Translations under genes and position numbers: made by a program
Part shown: positions 7,562-16,177 of the stretch, piece after piece
Layout of the letters: each line of letters begins with the position of its first letter
Position numbering within the stretch: position 1 is the first letter of the stretch
Source: a candidate division WOR-3 bacterium
GTDB taxonomy: Bacteria > Hydrothermota > Tepidihabitantia > SM23-42 > JAOAFX01
Assembly (NCBI GenBank): GCA_039802265.1
Contig: JBDRWI010000036.1
Location: 1 to 23,618 of the forward strand
Direction of reading: 5' to 3'
Length of the DNA stretch: 23,618 nucleotides
The notes under the pieces: model-generated
The model's database searches: none
What the model saw: the letters and a program-made list of their open reading frames with translations, nothing else
Told to the model about the DNA's origin: nothing

Positions 7562-8962
7562 TTATCTTCTCTCAATCCTTCCTCTCTTTAACGAGAAGAA
7601 AATACCGATGATACACAATCCGGTGAAGATATAAAAAGAGATTTTGAAGGCATCCAAGAATAAGGGATAAACATCAGGGGTAATTTTCACCTTGCCCAGG
7701 ATAATTGAGAAAATCAACATCACAAAGCCCATGCTTGACATCTGCCCTAATAATCGCATTGTTGCGAGGGTACTTGAGGCAATACCATAATATTGCTTTT
7801 CTACCGAACTCATAACTGCATTTGTATTGGGTGAAGAAAAGAGGGCAAAGCCAAATCCAAGTATAAGCAGGTAGAGTGTAATTAAATCAACAGATGTTGA
7901 ACTGTTTATAAAAGACAAAAAGAGTAAACCAAAGCCAGTCAAGCTCATCCCGATTGATGCGATGATTCGCGGCTGGATACGGTCAGATAATCTGCCGGCA
8001 AGTGGAGAAAGTATTGTCATTGTAACGGGCTGGGCAATCAATACGATACCCGCCTGCTGGGGTAAATACCCTTTTATGTATTGTAAATATAAACTCAGTA
8101 AGAATGATACTGCATTTGTTGCACTATAGTTTATAAGCGCAGCAAGGTTGGAGAATAAAAATGCGGGATTTATTCTGAAAAGATTGACATTTAATAATGG
8201 CTGGGACACACAAGTTTCGTGTTTAACGAAAATAAAAATGAATATTATTCCAATCAATAATAATACAATACCCAATGTCCGGGGAAGGAGAGAGAAACCA
8301 TACATTATAAGAAATAACATCGGGCTATAGATTAAAGCCCCAACGAAGTCAAAATTTTTTAACACAATTTTCTCTTTTTCAATTTTTAAAAAGAGCATAA
8401 TCAAAGATAGCATCAAGAATCCTAAGAATGAATTGACATAGAATATGGACCGCCAGCCCAGGTTTTGAGTCAAAAATCCTCCTATAAATGGTCCAAGTGA
8501 AAGTCCTAAGTAAACCCCGGCAACATTTATTCCCAGAACGCGCCCCCGCTTCTGGATAGGAAAGACACCTGTCAAAATTGCGACTGATGTTCCAAATATC
8601 ATTGCGCCGCCGATCCCCTGCAGAACCCTTAAAATTAGAAAAAGTGTCGGGTTGTTCACAATGCCACACAGTAATGAAAAAATACTGAATATTGAAACAC
8701 CCCAAAAGAAGACTTTTTGTCTACCTATCATATCGGCAATTCTACCAACCGGAACAAGACACATTGCAGCAGCAAGTAAATAAGAAGTGGGAACCCAGCT
8801 TAATAAAAGTGCATTCAAATCAAACTCATCACCAATCACCGGCAGCGCAACATTGAGGGATGACCCCATAAATGGGGTCAAAAATGAACCAATGGTTGTA
8901 ACAAAGAGGATAATGTTCCTTTTTTGGCTATCTAATCTTGGCTCATCGCCTGAGGTGTTCAT
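7562..8962 (-). CDS. MFS transporter, DHA2 (EmrB/QacA-like, ~14 TMS)
   Basis: SSLNVALPVI, motif A GRIADMIGRQK, RVLQGIGGA, GPFIGGFLT, WRSIFYVN, GRLSDRI. Start placed at ATG 8962 to minimise overlap with thiL. Confidence 0.9.
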   Translation of the reverse strand: MNTSGDEPRLDSQKRNIILFVTTIGSFLTPFMGSSLNVALPVIGDEFDLNALLLSWVPTSYLLAAAMCLVPVGRIADMIGRQKVFFWGVSIFSIFSLLCGIVNNPTLFLILRVLQGIGGAMIFGTSVAILTGVFPIQKRGRVLGINVAGVYLGLSLGPFIGGFLTQNLGWRSIFYVNSFLGFLMLSLIMLFLKIEKEKIVLKNFDFVGALIYSPMLFLIMYGFSLLPRTLGIVLLLIGIIFIFIFVKHETCVSQPLLNVNLFRINPAFLFSNLAALINYSATNAVSFLLSLYLQYIKGYLPQQAGIVLIAQPVTMTILSPLAGRLSDRIQPRIIASIGMSLTGFGLLFLSFINSSTSVDLITLYLLILGFGFALFSSPNTNAVMSSVEKQYYGIASSTLATMRLLGQMSSMGFVMLIFSIILGKVKITPDVYPLFLDAFKISFYIFTGLCIIGIFFSLKRGRIERR

Positions 8963-9866
8963 ATCCACAGGGATAAATCCTTTTCGTTCTTCTATCTGAC
9001 AATATATAGACACCCCTGCCTCTTTCAATTCTGCCGATTTTGAAGAGTCTCATATTCCTTATATTGTTTATTTTCTTTCCAGTAATTAATAACTCAAAGT
9101 CTTCGCCGGCCGAAAGGATAAAATCCACCGGAGCGATTTTTTTCCATTTACATAACAACTCAACTTCAGGGTGAACAGGTATATCCTCAATAATCACCTT
9201 GACCCGGCTTTCTTCCGCCAGATGGAAGGCATCGGTTGAAAGACCATCGGAGGTATCAATGCCCGCATTGAGATATCTTCTCAGTTTTAAGACCTCATAT
9301 ATCCTGGGTTCGGGAGATAGGTGTTTCTTTATTGAATCGGGGAACAAATTTTTTTTGTATCCTTCCGCGAGGACTATTCTCCCTGTCTCGGCAAGTCCCA
9401 GATAACCTGTTACATAGAGGTAATCACCAACTTTTGCACCCGACCTTAATAAAGGCTTTTTTGCCCTTCCAACAACCGTTATGGTTATACCCCAGAATGG
9501 ACTTTCAATTATATCACCACCTGCTACATCACATTGAAATTTACTACAGACTCTGGAAAATCCTTTATACAATTCTTTAATTTCAATTTCTTTTGTAGTA
9601 CGCGGAAGAAATAGACCGATCAGAGCGCAAACGGGCTTTGCTGCCATTGCGGCAAGGTCAGAAAGGCTGGCACTCATTGTTCTGAATCCTAAATCAAACT
9701 TAGAAAAATATTTAAAGTCAAAATGAATGCCTTCAACGAAAGAATCAATAGAAATTACAGTTCCGTTTTTAAGAACCATTGCATCATCACCGATACCTAT
9801 TCTAACATCAGGCTGCCTTTTCGGAAATTTTTTTCTTATATATTCAATCAATGTCAGTTCACTCAT
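8943..9866 (-). CDS. thiL: Thiamine-monophosphate kinase
   Basis: MSELTLI, GIGDDA, DSFVEGIHF, SDLAAM, GGD, LRSGAKVGD, DTSDGL, GEDFEL motifs. Confidence 0.95.
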   Translation of the reverse strand: MSELTLIEYIRKKFPKRQPDVRIGIGDDAMVLKNGTVISIDSFVEGIHFDFKYFSKFDLGFRTMSASLSDLAAMAAKPVCALIGLFLPRTTKEIEIKELYKGFSRVCSKFQCDVAGGDIIESPFWGITITVVGRAKKPLLRSGAKVGDYLYVTGYLGLAETGRIVLAEGYKKNLFPDSIKKHLSPEPRIYEVLKLRRYLNAGIDTSDGLSTDAFHLAEESRVKVIIEDIPVHPEVELLCKWKKIAPVDFILSAGEDFELLITGKKINNIRNMRLFKIGRIERGRGVYILSDRRTKRIYPCGYEHLRR

Positions 9867-9905
9867 TACTCTTTAAATATCGGGATATTGGGGTATTTTT
9901 TAATA

Positions 9906-10868
9906 TTATACATGGAATTCTACGATATCACCATCTTTAAGAACATGATTTTTCTCTACGCGCTGACCGCTGAAACCGTGGTCATTCCAGAGTCTTGTAT
10001 ACTGAAGATTTTTCTTAAAATCCTTGTGGATGTGTTCAGCCGCATCTATAACCGTGGCACCGAGTTTTAAAACCACCGGTTCTTTTCGCTCGGGCGGCTG
10101 GCCAATTTTTTTTGTATAAACCCTTATGATTCCCAAATTTTTGAAAATCTCTTCTTTAAGAAGGGGAAGATTCACCTTTGTAATATTTGAAAAGGGAATA
10201 ATCGGACAATCCTTATAAAGGTCAAGAAAGACCGATAAATTCTCATTCGCCCCGGGCAGGTCAATTTTATTAATTAGAACAATCGCCTTCATATTTTTGC
10301 CCTCAATATTATCGAAGATAATATTTCGCTCCCTCAATTTTGTTCGGATAAATTCAAAATTTTCAAGGAGGTCTTGTTCGGCGGCATCAAGGACAATTAT
10401 GATTATATCGGCAAACCGGTATATTGAATACAACCAGGGTGGTGAATCGTCAGTCAGGGGTGGGGTATCAACAATCTGAATTTTTATATCCTCATATTCC
10501 ATCATTCCAATCTGAGGAGTAGTTGTCGTAAATGGATAGTCAGCAACCAGTGCACTGGCATTGGTCAAAGAGTTCAATAGTGCCGACTTTCCCGAATTGG
10601 GCAGACCCAAAAGTACGACCTGGCCCGCCCCCTGCCTTTCCACCTGATACCAGGCACTTCCCGAACCACCCTTTTTCTTGCTCTTTTCAATCATATCCTT
10701 TATCTTGGAAATCTTCGCTTTGAGTTCCGCCTGCAGTTTCTCCGTTCCTTTATGTTTGGGAACTATTGCCAAAAGTTCCTGTAAATAGACCAGCTTCTCC
10801 TGCAGGGTCTTTGCCTCACGATATTTCTTTTCAACTTCAAAATACTGGGGAGGGAGATTGGCTGGCAT
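9906..10868 (-). CDS. OBG-superfamily DRG-like GTPase with C-terminal TGS domain
   Basis: N-terminal PKHKGTEKL helical region; G1 GLPNSGKS, G2 YPFTT, G3 DTPP, G4 NKID; TGS IRVYTK...HIHKDF...GQRVEKNHVLKDGDIVEFH. Confidence 0.9.
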   Translation of the reverse strand: MPANLPPQYFEVEKKYREAKTLQEKLVYLQELLAIVPKHKGTEKLQAELKAKISKIKDMIEKSKKKGGSGSAWYQVERQGAGQVVLLGLPNSGKSALLNSLTNASALVADYPFTTTTPQIGMMEYEDIKIQIVDTPPLTDDSPPWLYSIYRFADIIIIVLDAAEQDLLENFEFIRTKLRERNIIFDNIEGKNMKAIVLINKIDLPGANENLSVFLDLYKDCPIIPFSNITKVNLPLLKEEIFKNLGIIRVYTKKIGQPPERKEPVVLKLGATVIDAAEHIHKDFKKNLQYTRLWNDHGFSGQRVEKNHVLKDGDIVEFHV

Positions 10869-10880
10869 CTTGCTACTTCT

Positions 10881-11570
10881 CTACGCAAATCCGAGTATCT
10901 TAAACATCGTCTGGGCGTTTTTTAACATATTATGGTCGTTATTGAAGAAGACATATACTCTTCTTGGCTTTCTGATAACTATTCGATGCGCAATCTCTTT
11001 CAATTCTCTATCAGTATAATTATGCGAATACCAGGCAGTTCTTCCGTGCATCCGGAGATAGACTGTATCCGTTGTCTTATAAATATCCCGTGAAAATTCT
11101 GGGGCATCAATTGAGACCCAGGTTATTCCTAAATCTTCTGCCCAATTCAAGGCATCTTCATTAAACCACTTTTCATTTCTCACCTCCAAGGCAAATTTTT
11201 TATTATCGGTTTCTTTAATAAAGTTCTCTATATTCTTTCGGGCATTTGGTGTAAAATTTGGAGGGAGTTGAAATAGAAAATAGTCAATAAATTCATCCAT
11301 AATTGAAAAAAGTTCGGAAAATTTTAGCCAGGTATTCAATGCCCTTTTAGAAAACTTAAACTGGTGGGTGATTAGTCTATTTACCTTTATAACCCATCTT
11401 AAATTAGTGCCCTTTTTTGCCCAGGATTTCACCTGATTCGGAAATGGAAAGCGATAGAATGAGGCATTGAGTTCAATGGCATTGAGTTTAGAATTTTCAA
11501 GATACCAATCAAGACTTCCCTCTTTATTCCAATCATAATACCAGCCCGATGTCCCTACGAAAATTCTCAC
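10881..11570 (-). CDS. DUF72 (YecE-like) protein
   Basis: IFVGTSGWYY, IELNASFYRFP, LFQLPPNF, ALEVRN, YLRMHGR, VYVFFNND. Start revised to GTG 11570, just downstream of a promoter. Confidence 0.9.
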   Translation of the reverse strand: MRIFVGTSGWYYDWNKEGSLDWYLENSKLNAIELNASFYRFPFPNQVKSWAKKGTNLRWVIKVNRLITHQFKFSKRALNTWLKFSELFSIMDEFIDYFLFQLPPNFTPNARKNIENFIKETDNKKFALEVRNEKWFNEDALNWAEDLGITWVSIDAPEFSRDIYKTTDTVYLRMHGRTAWYSHNYTDRELKEIAHRIVIRKPRRVYVFFNNDHNMLKNAQTMFKILGFA

Positions 11571-11575
11571 AAATA

Positions 11576-11603
11576 ATTCTACCCATTTTTCTATTTTCGT
11601 CAA
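11576..11603 (-). promoter_or_regulatory. sigma70-type promoter TTGACG-N16-TAGAAT, probably leaderless
   Basis: -35 at 11603-11598, -10 at 11581-11576, 5 nt before GTG 11570; no SD. Confidence 0.7.
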
Positions 11604-11637
11604 TACACTTATTCTCAACAGAATAGGACAGCCACTA

Positions 11638-11665
11638 TTGACTTTTCTTTAAAATTGTTTAATAT
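11638..11665 (+). promoter_or_regulatory. sigma70-type promoter TTGACT-N16-TAATAT, probably leaderless
   Basis: -35 at 11638-11643, -10 at 11660-11665, 5 nt before ATG 11671; no SD. Confidence 0.65.
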
Positions 11666-11670
11666 ATACT

Positions 11671-12624
11671 ATGAAGTTGCCCAAGGGCAGACCAATCTTA
11701 GAAAATACCCGGCTGGAATTTATCAATCTGGATAATGTCCTTCTGGCATCAAAGAGGGAGAGGGCACACCGCATATCCGGTTACATTTCCATAATTTATC
11801 CTGATGCTGAAGAATTGATTTTTTTAAGGCAGGGTGAACCATTCAATGCCGCCCGTTTGAGCCCCAAAGAGCGAATAATTGTTCCCATAATTGAAGTGAT
11901 TGATAAGGCAAAAAAAGCCACCTCCGGGATTCTCTCCGAATACGCAACAGATGAGATCTTACTGAATATGATTATCACCACAATCGTAGCCCAACCGATA
12001 AAGGCAAATGTCGATGTCAGTCGTATCCAACCAAAGGTTTTAATAGACAAATTAAAATCCACAAAGTTCAGCGGTTTTATCTGGATAATATCAGGCATTG
12101 AAGAATCGTTCCTTCCCTTCAAAGATGGAGAAATACCCGGTTTTTATCTTGCCGGAAACGCCGAAAAAATACAGGATGAGAAGATTACACTCAATTATCT
12201 AACAAAACCCGATACTGTTATCTCAATCTTTGACCGCATTGAGACGGGTATGCCGGAACAGGCAACCCCGGCTCAGGTTGAAATGTTCTGTAAGATTTTC
12301 TCTTCGCTGATAAAGAATTATGCCACACCCCTGGGGCAAACAATGGTCTTAAAAACAGTAATGCTGGCAAAATCAACAGCCCAGAAAGAATATCCATTTA
12401 TTGCCGACATTCATATTGACCCTGATCTGAGTGTAAATGCAAAATTGGTTATAGAACCCAAAATCCTGACCAAGGGTATGGCAAGATGGTTTGACCTCAT
12501 ATTTGAATCATTTTCCACCCTGCTGGGAAACGAAAGCGCGAACATCGCCAAAAAAGTTTTGAATGATTACCGCTTTGCCTTGATGTCTTTGAATTTCTTT
12601 GATCACACCAAATTAAAACTTTGA
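11671..12624 (+). CDS. Hypothetical cytoplasmic protein with two tandem PATAN/DUF4388-like domains
   Basis: Internal repeat PILEN...ISGYISI...LIFLRQGE vs PIKAN...FSGFIWI...FLPFKDGE; helical C-terminal region. Family assignment by motif recall only. Confidence 0.6.
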   Translation: MKLPKGRPILENTRLEFINLDNVLLASKRERAHRISGYISIIYPDAEELIFLRQGEPFNAARLSPKERIIVPIIEVIDKAKKATSGILSEYATDEILLNMIITTIVAQPIKANVDVSRIQPKVLIDKLKSTKFSGFIWIISGIEESFLPFKDGEIPGFYLAGNAEKIQDEKITLNYLTKPDTVISIFDRIETGMPEQATPAQVEMFCKIFSSLIKNYATPLGQTMVLKTVMLAKSTAQKEYPFIADIHIDPDLSVNAKLVIEPKILTKGMARWFDLIFESFSTLLGNESANIAKKVLNDYRFALMSLNFFDHTKLKL

Positions 12625-13298
12625 TGTCTTTATATTTAGTTGCCACCCCCATTGGCAACCTCCAAGATATAACCCTGAGGGCAATACAGATTCTAAAGTC
12701 CGTAGATTTGATTGCCTGCGAGGATACAAGGCGCGCCCGAATTCTTTTAAAAGAATATAACATCTGTAAGCAACTTATATCTTATTATGATAAAAATGAA
12801 AAGCGACGCATACCATTACTGATCAGTTTATTAAAAGAAGGCAGGGATATTGCTTTAATCTCCAATGCCGGTATGCCGCTTATTTCCGACCCTGGCTTTT
12901 TACTGGTACGAGAGGCAATAAAAGAGAACATCCCCGTCTATGCCATACCCGGTCCTTCAGTGGTAACTACTGCCCTCGTGCTTTCTAATCTGCCGATGAA
13001 CAGATTCATCTTTGAAGGATTCCTTCCCAAAAAATCTGGTAATCGGCGAAAGATTCTTGAATCACTTAAAGATGAGACACGGACCACCCTAATCTTTGAG
13101 TCCCCACAGCGAATTAAAAAGCTCCTTATGGAAATTCTGGAAATTCTTGGCGACCGAAACATTGCGGTTGCACGCGAATTGACCAAATACTATGAAGAGG
13201 TCTATCGGGGTAAGGTAAGTGAAGTTTTGACTCAACTGAAAGAGTGCCGGGGAGAATTCACAATCATCATAGAGGGTTGCAATCCAAAGCCGCTTTAA
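12624..13298 (+). CDS. rsmI: 16S rRNA (cytidine1402-2'-O)-methyltransferase
   Basis: [60 protein letters not shown] 12624 overlaps the upstream TGA. Confidence 0.95.
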   Translation: MSLYLVATPIGNLQDITLRAIQILKSVDLIACEDTRRARILLKEYNICKQLISYYDKNEKRRIPLLISLLKEGRDIALISNAGMPLISDPGFLLVREAIKENIPVYAIPGPSVVTTALVLSNLPMNRFIFEGFLPKKSGNRRKILESLKDETRTTLIFESPQRIKKLLMEILEILGDRNIAVARELTKYYEEVYRGKVSEVLTQLKECRGEFTIIIEGCNPKPL

Positions 13299-13306
13299 TC
13301 TCTAAA

Positions 13307-13885
13307 ATGGATAAGATTAAAACCCTGGGAAGAGACCTCTTCGTCTTACCACTTGTGCACCTAATTATGCGGTTAAATGTCCCGCCAAATTCCATTACTC
13401 TTTTCAGCCTTGTTTTTTCTGTTTTCGTTTTTTTTGGCTACCAGCGAGGTGTTTTCTGGCTGGCTGGGATATTACTTCTTCTGGGAAGTATATGTGACAC
13501 CCTTGATGGGGAGATAGCCCGGCAAACGAACCGGACATCAATATTCGGTGGTTTTTTAGATTCAACTGTTGACCGGATAAATGAATTTGCCGTCTATTTA
13601 GGATTATTTTTCTATTATTATAATCGTGCACCCTATGTAATCTTCTGGATTCTTTTTGCCCTCTTTGGCTCACTGATGGTGAGCTATACCCGAGCAAGGG
13701 CTGAAGGCTTGGGAATATCTCCACGGGTGGGCATCTTTGAACGATTTGTGCGGTTAACATTTTTGATTATTGGCTCTTTTTTGGGCCCTAAATTTATGGT
13801 ATATTTCCTTGCAATCATCGCTATCGGGTCATTGCAAACTACCATTCATAGAATTTTGTTCGTATATCATAATTCAAGTAAATAA
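13307..13885 (+). CDS. CDP-alcohol phosphatidyltransferase (PIP-synthase/AIP-synthase-like)
   Basis: Signature DTLDGEIAR-x7-GGFLDSTVD; PNSIT; SYTRARAEGLG; GIFERFVR. Start revised to ATG 13307. Confidence 0.9.
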   Translation: MDKIKTLGRDLFVLPLVHLIMRLNVPPNSITLFSLVFSVFVFFGYQRGVFWLAGILLLLGSICDTLDGEIARQTNRTSIFGGFLDSTVDRINEFAVYLGLFFYYYNRAPYVIFWILFALFGSLMVSYTRARAEGLGISPRVGIFERFVRLTFLIIGSFLGPKFMVYFLAIIAIGSLQTTIHRILFVYHNSSK

Positions 13886-13891
13886 AAAATT

Positions 13892-14971
13892 ATGGCAAAG
13901 ACCGAAAGGGTTATACTCGTTGGAGTGGGTGACGAAAAGAGAAAACGCTGGGAACTGGTCCAGTCTATTGAGGAACTGGCAAATCTTACCCGTACTGCCG
14001 GTGGTGAAGTAATTGAAAGTTATATCCAGATTCAGCATAAATATAATCCCGCCACCCTGATTGGCAAAGGCAAGGCACAGGAACTTGCCCAGATTGCTAA
14101 AAAATTTAACATTGACCTCCTTATTTTTGATACCGAATTAACTGCCGCCCAGATTAGAAACATAGAAGAGATCACCAATGTTAGAACAATTGATCGCACC
14201 TCGCTTATCCTTGATATATTTGCCAAACACGCACGAACAAAAGAAGCAAAACTACAAGTAGAACTGGCACAACTTGAATATCGCCTGCCAAGGCTTGTTG
14301 GTATGGGACTTGAATTATCTCGTCTTGGGGGAGGTATCGGGACCCGCGGACCAGGTGAAAAGAAATTGGAAATTGACCGCCGACGCATTAAAGAAAGAAT
14401 CTCTGTCTTAAAGCACGAATTAAAAAGGATTGAATGTTCAAAACAGGTTCAGCGCAAACGGCGGGCAAATTTCTTTAAAATCTGTGTGGTAGGCTACACC
14501 AATGCGGGCAAATCATCACTCGTCAATGCTCTCACCCGTGGGAACCTCTTGACTGCGGAATACCTCTTCTCAACCCTCGATTCAAATACCTCCCTTTTAT
14601 TCATTGAACCCAATTATAAGGTCTTAATCAGTGATACAGTAGGATTTTTGAGAAACTTACCCCACAATTTAATCGCCTCATTTCACGCCACCCTTGCTGA
14701 GGTTCGTGAGGCAGACATCCTGATTCACATCGTTGATGCTACTGATGAGAATATTGAATCAAAGATGATTACGGTTGAAAATGTATTAAGTGAGATAAAG
14801 GCAATAGATAAACCGCGACTACTCGTTTTTAATAAAATCGATCGACTGCTTATGCCCCAGAAGGAGCGGTTGATTGAAAAATATCCAAATGCGTTGTTCA
14901 TTTCTGCCCGGGAAGGCACAGGAATCAAAGAACTAAAGGAACATCTAAAGAATTACTTGGCAGTGTCTTGA
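13892..14971 (+). CDS. hflX: Ribosome-splitting GTPase HflX
   Basis: IGKGK, DRTSLILDIF, EAKLQVELAQL, GIGTRGPGE, GYTNAGKS, LFSTLD, DTVGF, NKID. Confidence 0.97.
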   Translation: MAKTERVILVGVGDEKRKRWELVQSIEELANLTRTAGGEVIESYIQIQHKYNPATLIGKGKAQELAQIAKKFNIDLLIFDTELTAAQIRNIEEITNVRTIDRTSLILDIFAKHARTKEAKLQVELAQLEYRLPRLVGMGLELSRLGGGIGTRGPGEKKLEIDRRRIKERISVLKHELKRIECSKQVQRKRRANFFKICVVGYTNAGKSSLVNALTRGNLLTAEYLFSTLDSNTSLLFIEPNYKVLISDTVGFLRNLPHNLIASFHATLAEVREADILIHIVDATDENIESKMITVENVLSEIKAIDKPRLLVFNKIDRLLMPQKERLIEKYPNALFISAREGTGIKELKEHLKNYLAVS

Positions 14972-14995
14972 CCGGGGTTTAATTTTCTTTATAAT
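14968..14995 (+). promoter_or_regulatory. sigma70-type promoter TTGACC-N16-TATAAT overlapping the hflX stop, probably leaderless
   Basis: -35 at 14968-14973 contains the hflX TGA; -10 at 14990-14995; 5 nt before ATG 15001; no SD. Confidence 0.75.
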
Positions 14996-15000
14996 TTTTT

Positions 15001-15246
15001 ATGCGCCTTGATGTATTCTTAAAAAAGACATTAATCTTAAAAAAACGAAGTGATACAAAAAGACTCTGCAGTGTTGGTTTAATCAAGGTCAATGGAACCA
15101 TTGCCAAACCGGCCAAGGAGGTAAAGGTAGACGATTTAATAGAAATTGAGACAATAAAGGGGGTGAATAAATATCGAATAATAATGCTACCTGAAGGAAA
15201 TGTGAGAAAGAATGAGGTCAGTCTGTATTATGAAGTACTTAATTGA
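15001..15246 (+). CDS. Small S4-domain RNA-binding protein (RqcP/YabO/Hsp15-like)
   Basis: 81 aa; MRLDVFL...KKRS...GLIKVNG...KPAKEVKVDDLIEI; short C-terminus like YabO/RqcP rather than long Hsp15. Confidence 0.85.
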   Translation: MRLDVFLKKTLILKKRSDTKRLCSVGLIKVNGTIAKPAKEVKVDDLIEIETIKGVNKYRIIMLPEGNVRKNEVSLYYEVLN

Positions 15247-15250
15247 AGGT

Positions 15251-16177
15251 ATGAAGATTGGCATAACCATAGGTGACCCGGCTGGAATCGGACCAGAGTT
15301 AGTATTAAAGTCTGTCAGTCATTTTAAGGGGAATTTCTCTGTCTATGGTAATAAAAAAATTCTGCAGAGAACGGCACAGGACCTCGGTTTAGAAAAGAAC
15401 TTTAAACTGATCAAGAATTGCATCGTTGATTGTGTAGAAAATATTAAATTTCGCTATGGCAAACCCGATAGAAAGACAGCCGAGATTGCAATAAAGACCC
15501 TAAATTATGCATTACGGTCAAACCCTGATATTCTTATTACTGCTCCAATCGTCAAATCGGTAGTGAAAGAAACAAGGCCGGAATTCATTGGACAGACCGA
15601 GTACCTCGCCCAATTTTATGGAGTTAAAAAATTTGCTATGGTGGGAATTGTAGCAAATAAAAGAATTATGCTTCTCACAACACATCTACCACTTGTCTAT
15701 GTATTCAAATTTATCAAACCAAGAAATATCTTTAAAAAGATCGTTCTTTTAGATATCGGCTTGAAGGAATATTTCAGAATAAACAATCCTAAAATAGGTG
15801 TTGCCGCCTTGAATCCCCATAGTTTTGAATTCACAAAAGGCGAAGAAGAAAAAATTTTAAAAGGAATCATGCTTGCCCGCAGTAAGGGCATCCAGGTCTC
15901 GGGTCCCCTCCCCGCGGATTCTATCTTCAACCATAATTTTGATGGCTTTTTATCAATTTACCATGACCAGGCATTCATCTATTTAAAATCAAAACCAGGC
16001 GGTGTGAATTGGACGATGGGACTACCTATTATAAGGCTCTCTCCTCTCTATGGCGCGGCCCTTGATATAGCCGGAAAAAATGTAGCAAAAATCTCAGGCA
16101 TGGTCAATGCAATAAAATTAGGAATTAAGATGTTTAGAAATAAATCGGGGGTAATTTATGTCAAAAATAAAAGTTAG
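15251..16177 (+). CDS. pdxA: PdxA-family dehydrogenase (divergent)
   Basis: IGITIGDPAGIGPE, TAPIVK, TTHLPL, LNPH, GPLPADS, YHDQ, GLPIIR, ALDIAGK. Start revised to ATG 15251. Confidence 0.8.
   Translation: MKIGITIGDPAGIGPELVLKSVSHFKGNFSVYGNKKILQRTAQDLGLEKNFKLIKNCIVDCVENIKFRYGKPDRKTAEIAIKTLNYALRSNPDILITAPIVKSVVKETRPEFIGQTEYLAQFYGVKKFAMVGIVANKRIMLLTTHLPLVYVFKFIKPRNIFKKIVLLDIGLKEYFRINNPKIGVAALNPHSFEFTKGEEEKILKGIMLARSKGIQVSGPLPADSIFNHNFDGFLSIYHDQAFIYLKSKPGGVNWTMGLPIIRLSPLYGAALDIAGKNVAKISGMVNAIKLGIKMFRNKSGVIYVKNKS

Noticed and set aside
9867..9905. TPP riboswitch upstream of thiL
   Set aside because: Spacer is only 39 nt and lacks the CUGAGA motif; it holds a short octamer-repeat remnant.
8963..15250. 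Track starts at 9028, 11618, 12621, 13244 and 15212
   Set aside because: They extend into neighbouring genes or promoters; downstream starts at 8962, 11570, 12624, 13307 and 15251 fit family N-termini better.
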